Shown: positions 1 to 7,429 of the stretch, in pieces
How the letters are laid out: the number at the start of each line of letters is the position of its first letter
Position numbering within the stretch: position 1 is the first letter of the stretch
Origin: a virus
Length of the DNA: 64,000 nt
Reading direction: 5' to 3' (one strand)
Virus record (IMG/VR): IMGVR_UViG_3300022699_000232
Span: 1 to 64,000 of that record
Notes under the pieces: generated by a model
Seen by the model: the letters and a program-made list of their open reading frames with translations, nothing else
What the model was told of the DNA's origin: nothing
Database searches by the model: none
Translations under genes and position numbers: made by a program

Positions 1-80
1 ACGTTGCTGGAGTTCTTCTTGGGCAGACGATCCCCGAAGACATTGAGAAAACGCTTTGCCTTGATCTCATCCAGGGCCAT
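1..80 (-). CDS. hypothetical protein, N-terminal part (runs off window edge)
   Basis: ATG at 78-80 on minus strand with GAGG RBS upstream, reads MALDEIKAKRFLNVFGDRLPKKNSSN; follows the neck gene in the same orientation. Confidence 0.55.
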   Translation of the reverse strand, partial: MALDEIKAKRFLNVFGDRLPKKNSSN

Positions 81-90
81 GACTACCTCG

Positions 91-912
91 TTAGACCGGT
101 GGGTCCGGAGCGTCTCGCTTATCCTTTTCAGGGATCTTACGCTGCGGAGCGTGCCGCGACGAGCGAGAAAGTTGCATGGTAAACGCCGTGAAGAAGCCGG
201 TGCCACCGAACCGGGTGTCGTTGATGACGACCTCTTCGACGTCGTAGTAGTTGTCCTGGTCACGGGGCGGGTTTGCCAGGTTGGGGATCCGGACCATGTC
301 ACCGACGCGCGGGCGAATGTTCCACTCGGTCTCGCAGAGGATCCGTGCGAGTGAGAGTCGGATGCGCTTCGTGTAGATCGCCCCTCGACCGTCTGGGGTC
401 TCCGCGCGCTCGGGATCGTAGAGAACGCCGCGCACAAGGATCGGCTCGTCGAAATCCCAGGAAGGCGTGTACTCACGTTCGACGGTGCTGATCTTGTGAC
501 CGACGAGAATAGGTTCACCCCAGAGAGCAGAAAGCTGGCTGGTATCCTCCAGCATTTCCGGCTTTCCGCCTCCGGCGTGACGCGTTTGATCGTGCGGTCC
601 AGCGATCCTGTTCTCGGTAACAGGCAAGATGTCGTCGGTGCGCTCTGTCTGGGAGCGAAGGACGTAGTAGTAGACGTTGCTCCCTCGCAGCTTCGTCATT
701 CTGCGGTTCAGCACGTCCAGGTAGCGCTTGTCCGGCGGACCAAAGAAGGTGTCGCGGTAGGCGTCTGCGGGTTGCTCTGGTGATGGCTGACCGGCCGCAG
801 TATCGGGGGCTGCCCGCACACCGAGATCTTCCTCGGTGATGCCATCCGACTCCGGGATGTCGTCGTTCTCCCGGTCCTCGTCGAAAGCCTTGTTGGTGCG
901 GTCGTCTGCCAT
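91..912 (-). CDS. neck/head-completion protein, T4 gp14-like
   Basis: Motif order resembles T4 gp14 (RGSNVYYY..LWGE..PRVGDMVRIP..YYDVEEV..FG); lies next to a gp13-like gene. Confidence 0.7.
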   Translation of the reverse strand: MADDRTNKAFDEDRENDDIPESDGITEEDLGVRAAPDTAAGQPSPEQPADAYRDTFFGPPDKRYLDVLNRRMTKLRGSNVYYYVLRSQTERTDDILPVTENRIAGPHDQTRHAGGGKPEMLEDTSQLSALWGEPILVGHKISTVEREYTPSWDFDEPILVRGVLYDPERAETPDGRGAIYTKRIRLSLARILCETEWNIRPRVGDMVRIPNLANPPRDQDNYYDVEEVVINDTRFGGTGFFTAFTMQLSRSSRHAPQRKIPEKDKRDAPDPPV

Positions 913-918
913 CGGTCG

Positions 919-1524
919 TTATCCCACCACGGTCGGCGGGTTCATGTTCGCAAGGTGCTTCTGCACCGCGTCGTTTTCCCCTAGATCGCGCCTGTGCTTT
1001 TCCATTCTCCGCAGAACGGTGATCGTCTCGCGCCTTCTCTTAGGACTCAGGTAGTCCGCCATCTTCTCGCGCCCCTTACCAGGGTCCTGGACCAGGAGCG
1101 CAAGCGCAACCTCGCGTCCGTCTCCAGTGACGCGCTTCTTGATGACGTTGGGCCGCCTGAACAGTCCGTTCTCAACGTAGCTGAACGTGATGATGTTGAA
1201 GGCGCGCGCCCACTCCTGAGGTGAGATAACGATGGAGTTAGGAAGAGGGTCTTCTGGCTCTCGCTTCGACTTTCCCCGTCTGCGAAGCCACTGCTTCATC
1301 GTCTCCTTGTAGAGGATCTCGAACATACCTCTTACGAGGAGCGGCCAGGGCAGGGTCCGGTCGAGTTCCGGACCCTCGTCCTTGGCGGCATCCCTCAGCG
1401 CCTTCTCTTCACCTTCTTCGTCCGGAGCAACATCTGTGCGGCCGTAGTAGTAGTTGGCCATTGCAGTGTCGACCGCGAGGAATGGATTGAGCCCGAATCT
1501 GTTCGGTTTCCGGCTGAGGGACAT
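919..1524 (-). CDS. hypothetical phage protein
   Basis: 201 aa ORF tightly packed between GroES and the gp14-like gene. Confidence 0.7.
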   Translation of the reverse strand: MSLSRKPNRFGLNPFLAVDTAMANYYYGRTDVAPDEEGEEKALRDAAKDEGPELDRTLPWPLLVRGMFEILYKETMKQWLRRRGKSKREPEDPLPNSIVISPQEWARAFNIITFSYVENGLFRRPNVIKKRVTGDGREVALALLVQDPGKGREKMADYLSPKRRRETITVLRRMEKHRRDLGENDAVQKHLANMNPPTVVG

Positions 1525-1531
1525 CTAGCAG

Positions 1532-1897
1532 CTACTTCTGGTATTCGAAAGCTGTGCTTTCTCGGCGGGGAGGAAGCGCTTCCGTCTCGACTCCTTCTTC
1601 GTCACCCTCGATGACAGCAGCGACGTTTCCTTCACGTAGTACGCGGTAAACCTCGTCATCGACCTCGATGTCGGTTCCTGCGTAGGATCCGAATACCACT
1701 CTGTCGCCGGGCTTGAGGGTCGTCGCTACCCACCGTCCATCCGCGTCGTAGGTGCCCGGTCCGACTGCCAGAACCTCTCCCTTTCTCTGCGCCTTCTTGC
1801 CGGAGGGCGGAAGCCAGATACCTCCGTCCGTGCGCGTCTTTGGGCGGTCGACGCGGACGATGATGCGGTCGTGAATCGGGCGTGCCTTGATCGTCAT
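1532..1897 (-). CDS. groES: GroES/Cpn10 co-chaperonin
   Basis: Cpn10 signature RPIHDRIIV..TDGGIWLP..GEVLAVGPG..LKPGDRVVFGSYAGTDIEVDDEVYRVLREGNVAAVI, plus a ~20 aa C-terminal extension. Confidence 0.95.
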   Translation of the reverse strand: MTIKARPIHDRIIVRVDRPKTRTDGGIWLPPSGKKAQRKGEVLAVGPGTYDADGRWVATTLKPGDRVVFGSYAGTDIEVDDEVYRVLREGNVAAVIEGDEEGVETEALPPRRESTAFEYQK

Positions 1898-1918
1898 TTC
1901 TCTTACCTTGCCTTTTGG

Positions 1919-2728
1919 CTAACCGGAGATGAGGGGAGTCGCACGCTCCCAGTTGATCGCGTCTTGCTCCAGCTTCTCCTCAAGCTGATCGGCGCGCTGA
2001 AGAAGCGCGCCACCGTTCATGGTTCGTTCTCCGCCTACCGTCGGGTAGGCGTCGTAGGTGTCTCGGATCGTGCCGAGAGTGCGCATCGCCTCGATCATCA
2101 GCTTCCGTCTGTAGTAGTCGGAGAAGCGCGGGTCGAGTTGCTCGGGACGAACGTCAGACGAGCCTACCTTGAGGATCGCGCTCGAAATCTGTGTTCCCAG
2201 ACCTCCTGCACGCGGCGGAGGCGCGATCACAAGGCGCCGAAGCTCTGGTTGCCAGTCCCAGTCGCGGTCGGTCGAGAAGATGCGTCCGATCTGCTCCAAG
2301 TACTGGAGACGCTGCACCAGGTCGGAGTAGGGCATCGGCGCCTGTTGGGGCGAGGTCCAGGCGCCAAACAGACTCGTGAAGTAGGTGAAGGAGAAGCTAT
2401 CGACGTCCAGCGTGGGAAGCTGGAAGCTAGGCAGCCAGATGTCGAAGACCTCGATGACGTCGCTGGAGAGGTAGTAGTTCGACTGACCCGGCACGAGCGG
2501 AAGCTGCTGGTACTTGATGAAACCGATTCGTTCGGCGTACCAACGATCAGTGTCGTCGAGAGCATCCTTCTTGTGGTCGTTGGTGAGTTCGATGTCGATG
2601 ATCCCACCACCCAGCTTCCGCAGGGTGTAGCCCCACCACTCGTCCTTGGTCTTCCCTGTGGGTCCGGGCTGGCCGGCTGGGGTATCAGGCGGCTGTTGCT
2701 CGGGGATGTTCTGGCCGTCGGTCGCCAT
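1919..2728 (-). CDS. neck protein / head-tail adaptor, T4 gp13-like
   Basis: N-terminal LRKLGGGIIDIELT and C-terminal GGERTMNGGALLQRADQLEEKLE..PLISG match the gp13 pattern (LRRLGAPIINVELT ... GGVTIDGQRLIEEA..GILVG). Confidence 0.85.
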   Translation of the reverse strand: MATDGQNIPEQQPPDTPAGQPGPTGKTKDEWWGYTLRKLGGGIIDIELTNDHKKDALDDTDRWYAERIGFIKYQQLPLVPGQSNYYLSSDVIEVFDIWLPSFQLPTLDVDSFSFTYFTSLFGAWTSPQQAPMPYSDLVQRLQYLEQIGRIFSTDRDWDWQPELRRLVIAPPPRAGGLGTQISSAILKVGSSDVRPEQLDPRFSDYYRRKLMIEAMRTLGTIRDTYDAYPTVGGERTMNGGALLQRADQLEEKLEQDAINWERATPLISG

Positions 2729-2760
2729 AAGTCGCGCCTTCTACGTAGGGAGACACGACT

Positions 2761-2769
2761 ATCTTAGCA
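2761..2769 (-). promoter_or_regulatory. putative extended -10 promoter (TGCTAAGAT) for the neck/GroES operon
   Basis: TGn-TAAGAT about 30 nt upstream of the gp13-like start; same TGn-TAnnnT pattern recurs at 3883, 19212 and 29322. Confidence 0.4.
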
Positions 2770-2806
2770 GTTCGACGGCAATTACCGCACTAGGGTATAG
2801 ACGGTT

Positions 2807-3220
2807 ATGCGCGTCAAGATCGTCGTGAGAAGCCCGAAAGGACGACGCCTGAAACGGCACTGTGTCGACGGTCAGACGCTTGCATGGATCGTTAGCGAAC
2901 AAGCCGTTGCTGAGAACAGATGAGTCAAGAAACTTCGCATTGGGCTCGATCAGATTGGGAATCTGAACCGTCTACCGGTTCACGTCGAATGCGCTCTTGC
3001 TGTTTCAAGTCCGCTTGGGCTAGCTGTTGTCTGGATCGGCCGAACGTCGGGGCGTAGGAGAAATTCTAGGTCTGCCGTGGAGAGTTGCGCGCCGGAAACA
3101 GCGGCTCTGATGGACGTTGACGGGGATGCTGCCAAGAAAGAGGCTGCCTGGCGCACTCTTATGAGGGCCTACGACGACCACTGGACGCCGCTCGAAATCC
3201 TCGCGGCCGTGGCCGAGTGA
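2807..3220 (+). CDS. 137-codon hypothetical ORF with one in-frame TGA (2921-2923): readthrough/selenoprotein candidate or pseudogene
   Basis: Manual translation: MRVKIVVRSPKGRRLKRHCVDGQTLAWIVSEQAVAENR*VKKLRIGLDQIGNLNRLPVHVECALAVSSPLGLAVVWIGRTSG...AWRTLMRAYDDHWTPLEILAAVAE*; fills an otherwise empty gap; absent from the ORF track. Confidence 0.55.
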
Positions 3221-3329
3221 TGATGGCCTGCGCCGGTGCGCGTATCTTCTTCCAAACGAGAGACTTACTATTTTCTCGAATTCCTCTTGCGCCGACCCGG
3301 CGCATCTGGTCTAAACGTTCCTGCTCAGC

Positions 3330-3834
3330 GACGGCTGGGTGACGCAGTTTGACAACCGTACCGCCAAAGCCCAGGGCGCCAGGAACCACCAGGAGCCGTA
3401 CGGCTAACACCGTATGTCACCAGGAGGGGGAGTAGCGCCCACCGGCGGAAACTCACCGAACTTCGGTTCGGCAGAGAGTCGTCGGCACCAGCCAAGTCGG
3501 TTGGATGGGAGTCTGTGTAGGATCAAGACCGAAGATCTTTCGGGGTCTGACGTTGAGATTGAGTCGGCGCACGGGGATGCCTGGGTAACACCGGGGGGAT
3601 TCGGGCGTCGGTGCTCCGGTCAGGTCGTTTCGACGATCTGGTGGGAGGCGCAGCGGTGCGGTTGAGATGACAGCGTGCGTAACGGGTAAGGCCGTCGTGC
3701 GTGCGTCTGTTGATTGGATGTTCCTCACCGTCCAGCCAGTCTAACAGCCCGTCGGAGCGGAGCCGGGAAGAGGCGGCAGCGGCGAAAGCCGGTGCCGCTC
3801 TCTTCATGTACGGGCGATGCGCAGCCGTCGCGCA
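3330..3834 (+). ncRNA. large highly structured non-coding RNA candidate (family not identified)
   Basis: Closing helix 3330-3342/3725-3741, 12-bp helix 3353-3364/3653-3664, nested hairpins with UUCG and GAAA tetraloops, many G-U pairs on the + strand, no credible ORF. Confidence 0.75.
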
Positions 3835-3861
3835 ATACCCCATCGCTTACCATTCGGTTCC

Positions 3862-3891
3862 TTCACAAGTCCCCGCATGACGTGCCATAAT
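3862..3891 (+). promoter_or_regulatory. sigma70-like promoter TTCACA-18-CATAAT with extended -10 TG
   Basis: TTCACA 3862-3867 and TGCCATAAT 3883-3891, upstream of GAGG RBS and ATG 3909. Confidence 0.55.
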
Positions 3892-3908
3892 CATGCCGAG
3901 GGACCCGA

Positions 3909-4652
3909 ATGGCAGCCGTCGATCTCCTTACAACAAAGCCGCCGCAGAGCGTGCATCTGTTTCCGACGACGTCCGGTGCCATCCCGGCCGGCTCCGATCT
4001 TGTGCAGCGGCAACAGGAAGAAGCTCTCTTCTTCCAGTACTGGCCTCAATCGCTCGTCGACGACTACCAGGTCGAATACGCGGAGCATCAGGTCCCCGGC
4101 GGCTCGCATCCGCTCTATCAATGGGTCGGGGGGCGCGGTCGTGTGATCTCCTTCCAGGCGATCTTTACCTCCGAACTCAATACCTCCGGGTTAGGCCGAG
4201 TCAATGCTTCAGGCTTCATCCCATCTTCTACCGCTGGCGCTGTCGCGGTTGCGAGTAACCTGACGCCATCGAATCCCTTTACAGTCGATGTCTCGGCGGC
4301 GCTTAATCGACTTCGCGCCTGGCTGCGTCCTCGCTACCAGTCGGGTGGTCGACTGGGGGTAGTTTCTCCGCCCCCAAAACTGACGCTGGTTTTCCCTGGA
4401 ACGAGTCTCAACGGAACCAGTGACCTCATCACCGTTATCCTCAGAAGCGCTCCGGTCACTATCGAGTCGTGGTTCCCGGATGGACAACCGCGTGTGGCGA
4501 CAGTGGATCTGACGTTCAACGAGATCGTCCAGTCCTCGTCCGGCCAAGGCGATACGACCTCGGTCGAGTTCATCGGGCGAGACAACTTCGCAGAGGCAGG
4601 TCGCGGCTACCGCTTTCGTGGTCTCCCAGATCGACCCTTTGTGGGAGCGTAA
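3909..4652 (+). CDS. tail tube initiator / CIS tube-like protein (Afp7, T4 gp48/gp54-type)
   Basis: FQYWPQSL..YAEHQVPGGSHPLYQWVGGRGRVISF..PPPKLTLVF..VTIESWFPDGQPRVATVDLTFNE follows the CIS_tube family pattern. Confidence 0.8.
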   Translation: MAAVDLLTTKPPQSVHLFPTTSGAIPAGSDLVQRQQEEALFFQYWPQSLVDDYQVEYAEHQVPGGSHPLYQWVGGRGRVISFQAIFTSELNTSGLGRVNASGFIPSSTAGAVAVASNLTPSNPFTVDVSAALNRLRAWLRPRYQSGGRLGVVSPPPKLTLVFPGTSLNGTSDLITVILRSAPVTIESWFPDGQPRVATVDLTFNEIVQSSSGQGDTTSVEFIGRDNFAEAGRGYRFRGLPDRPFVGA

Positions 4653-4655
4653 AGC

Positions 4656-4970
4656 ATGGCTGGTACCGGCAAGTCGAGTATTCGCAGCTACAACTTCTTC
4701 GTGAACAGCACGGTCCAGTCCGGCGGCTTTCCTGCGAATCAGCACGAATTCGTGGATGTGGACGACGGAACTCCGTTCCTGTCCCATTCCGTCGTGATCG
4801 CCAACGACAGCGCCAACGACATCGATTTCCGGTTTTCGCCCGACCCCGGAACTGGGGCTTCCCACGGGCAAGTCTCGAACGGCGAGACGCTTCAGCTTGA
4901 CTTTAAGCGCGCTCGACGGATCTTCCTGTCTGGTACGGCTGGCAGCGCGTTCAGGCTTTGGGCCTGGTAG
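4656..4970 (+). CDS. small beta-rich virion protein
   Basis: 104 aa; SVVIAND..IDFRFS..GETLQL..IFL resembles the C-terminal domain of 6814-7371. Confidence 0.65.
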   Translation: MAGTGKSSIRSYNFFVNSTVQSGGFPANQHEFVDVDDGTPFLSHSVVIANDSANDIDFRFSPDPGTGASHGQVSNGETLQLDFKRARRIFLSGTAGSAFRLWAW

Positions 4971-5276
4971 CTACCACCAATCGTCGTCCTCGTCTTCTAG
5001 CAGCAGCGAGATAGCAAGCGCCTCTTCCTCGTTCTGCTCCCAGACGATCTCGGGAATGATGACGCGCGGCCGGCGGCGACGTGGGCGTCCGACCCCTCCC
5101 TCTGGCGGTGCAGCGACTCCGCCCGCCACGGCTGCTGCTCGTGGAAATTCACCATCCGTGAAGATCTGAAGGCAACGGTTCGGGCTCTGAAAGCACGGGA
5201 ATTCGCCGTCTGTGAACAGAGCACGGGAATCGAGCGTGCAGTCGGTCGGCGCAAACGGTAGTGAAGACGTTGCCAT
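4971..5276 (-). CDS. hypothetical protein with FTDGEFP x2, Arg run and acidic C-terminus
   Basis: Coupled to the upstream gene by a TAATG overlap; start codon ATG is at about 5273-5275. Confidence 0.55.
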   Translation of the reverse strand: MATSSLPFAPTDCTLDSRALFTDGEFPCFQSPNRCLQIFTDGEFPRAAAVAGGVAAPPEGGVGRPRRRRPRVIIPEIVWEQNEEEALAISLLLEDEDDDWW

Positions 5277-5818
5277 TAAGGCACCGTAGTACGCGAGCCG
5301 CCGTTGTTACGGTGCGTGAAGAGGTCGTTACCCTTCGCGTCCTTGTAGGTGGCGTCCACAGGCGGGCAGGGCGCCGGTGTCGGATCGAGGTCCACGTCGC
5401 CGACGAGCTTAGCGCGGACCTCCGACAGGACGGTCTTGCGCGACAGGCATCCGTCGACCAGGCACTTGAGACGGATCTCACCAGGCGCGACGTTGCGCGT
5501 GGGGCTGGTAACGGTGGGGATCACTACCCAAGAGTCATCGACAGATGGGTCGAGTGTGCTGATGATCGACGTATCGAGCCCATCCGGGTGGCTCGCAGAG
5601 GAGAGCGTGTAGACGCCTGGGGCGTTGGTCGCGTCTTTCTCCGTTAGTGCCTGGTCGAGTGTCGTAACAGAGCCGACCGCCTTGAATGTGTCGTCGTCCC
5701 AGTCGAGGAAGAACCCGTCGGAGTTTCGGCAGATGCGGATCGTGACCGTCTGTGCGGTCCGAAACGTGTTGATGACGATGGGTTCGACGTCGTCGTATTC
5801 GATCTCGCAACAAAGCAT
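5276..5818 (-). CDS. hypothetical virion protein
   Basis: 180 aa, beta-rich, within the minus-strand structural block. Confidence 0.7.
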   Translation of the reverse strand: MLCCEIEYDDVEPIVINTFRTAQTVTIRICRNSDGFFLDWDDDTFKAVGSVTTLDQALTEKDATNAPGVYTLSSASHPDGLDTSIISTLDPSVDDSWVVIPTVTSPTRNVAPGEIRLKCLVDGCLSRKTVLSEVRAKLVGDVDLDPTPAPCPPVDATYKDAKGNDLFTHRNNGGSRTTVP

Positions 5819-5835
5819 GACACCGTCAGTTTACG

Positions 5836-6807
5836 TCATTCGACTTCCGTGATGCCGTAAACGACGACAGATGCCCAGGTGCCCGTGAAAGGCTCGTTCT
5901 TACTGAGCGTTACCTTCATATATGCGGCGAGGTTACCGTCCAGAGGGATCTCCGAGAGATACTTCACTTCGTGGATGCGTACAGGCGAATCGAGTCCGCG
6001 AGGTGAGCCTGCCCCCTGAGCGGGGGCCTCGGGATGAGTGACGTGCGCCCAGTTGTGGATGTCTTTCTGGTTCTTGATGACGGTCGGTCGGCGAGCGGAC
6101 ATCGGGGTTCCAGCCGGAAGCCCAAATGCGCCGGAATCGACGTAGACGTTGTTGGTGATAGACGAAGTGATGACGACGTCAGCAGTAGTCTGTACCTCGA
6201 CCTTTTCGATGATGTATTTGGTTCCGACAGGCGGCTTCACGACGATCTGTGCTGCCGCGTCACTGTCCACCCAGTAGTAGGTGATCTCGACCGTCTCGGT
6301 GCCAGCGAAGGCGTTATAGAAGGTGACGAGCCCGGCCTGGTAGTCGATCTCGTAGTTGCCTCCGCTTGTCTCGCCGTAGGCTCGCTCGGTCTGCTCGACT
6401 CCGTCAACCGAGACAAGAGGCACGTAGCCGGAGAGGTCGCCGACAGCCGCGCCGTAGGGAGGACCCCAGATCGCGAACGGGTCAGATCCCGAGGGCGCGA
6501 TGTAGCCGCTGCCCATTGCTCGGTATTGACCGTTCGGGTTGACGATGTCGTTCTCGTCGCCGACCTTGCCGTGCGACAGGTCGATGACCGCTTCGTCCGG
6601 TGCTGCACCGTGTCCTAGCTGGATCGTTGTCTCACCGTTCGACGGATTGAACGTCTCCGTAGTGACCTGTGCATCGTGGTACCAGGTAGAGCGGTCGCAG
6701 AAGTTGACCGAGAAGCTGTAGACCCGGTCGTGTTCCGAGCCGTCAGGCTTACGTAGCTGCACCTGTGGTCGGTTTTCGACGGAGATCTTGCGAGGTGTGA
6801 TATGCAT
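5836..6807 (-). CDS. putative virion structural protein
   Basis: 323 aa with Ig-like module VSVDGVEQTE..NYEIDYQAGLVTF..VEITYY typical of large-phage structural proteins. Confidence 0.7.
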   Translation of the reverse strand: MHITPRKISVENRPQVQLRKPDGSEHDRVYSFSVNFCDRSTWYHDAQVTTETFNPSNGETTIQLGHGAAPDEAVIDLSHGKVGDENDIVNPNGQYRAMGSGYIAPSGSDPFAIWGPPYGAAVGDLSGYVPLVSVDGVEQTERAYGETSGGNYEIDYQAGLVTFYNAFAGTETVEITYYWVDSDAAAQIVVKPPVGTKYIIEKVEVQTTADVVITSSITNNVYVDSGAFGLPAGTPMSARRPTVIKNQKDIHNWAHVTHPEAPAQGAGSPRGLDSPVRIHEVKYLSEIPLDGNLAAYMKVTLSKNEPFTGTWASVVVYGITEVE

Positions 6808-6813
6808 GGCGCC

Positions 6814-7371
6814 CTAGCAGGTAATGATGATCTCGTAGTCGGCAGAACCGCCGGTCGTCTTCACCCAGACGGACGCCAACTCGACTTCGGCGGTCAGGAT
6901 CGATCCGGGGTCGAGCGTCTTGTAGTTGGCCCCGCCGTCTAGGCTGAGGAGCAGATCGGTTCCAGACGGACCAGGCGGGCCATCAGACTCCATGTTCTCG
7001 ACCAGAATGCTGCGAGATCGCATGCCGAAATCGACCTCAGCAGGTGATGTGGTGGCAGTGCCATTGAAGTGCTTCGCCGCGGAAGCGATACGCTGAGGCA
7101 GATTGACGGTCGATGACCAGTTGTCCTCGTAGTCCTGGCGCCAGGAGTCGTTGTCGCTGATCTGCTGCGGCGTCCAACCGTTCGGAATGAACCCCGACTT
7201 GAGGATCTCCGTGCGGTAGATGACCGACTCGTCGGCGACGAAGAGACTGATCGCGCGGTCCGACTCTTCAGCCTGGAGCCGGAGCGCCTTCTCAGTTTCA
7301 TCGAGAAGCTTCTTGAACTCCGGCCAATCTCGTTGGAACGAAATGGACTGTCGAGGATCACCGACGGGCAT
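6814..7371 (-). CDS. hypothetical virion protein
   Basis: 185 aa; C-terminal small beta-sandwich similar to 4656-4970. Confidence 0.65.
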   Translation of the reverse strand: MPVGDPRQSISFQRDWPEFKKLLDETEKALRLQAEESDRAISLFVADESVIYRTEILKSGFIPNGWTPQQISDNDSWRQDYEDNWSSTVNLPQRIASAAKHFNGTATTSPAEVDFGMRSRSILVENMESDGPPGPSGTDLLLSLDGGANYKTLDPGSILTAEVELASVWVKTTGGSADYEIIITC

Positions 7372-7429
7372 GGTCTACCTCTGAGCGGACGCCGGACACC
7401 TTGAGGGTGCCCGGCGTCCAGGACGCCTT

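Noticed and set aside
3760-3815. Group II intron domain V-like look (GAGCCG..GAAA..ATGTACGG)
   Set aside because: The 3-prime side reads CGGGC rather than CGGTT, the stem is too long, GCCCGT/ACGGGC pairs better, and no interrupted gene or maturase is evident; still worth including in the Rfam scan
3159-3843. Short ORFs listed over the ncRNA region (3159-3410, 3414-3665, 3453-3728, 3523-3843)
   Set aside because: No recognisable motifs, atypical composition, mutually overlapping; base-pairing explains the region better
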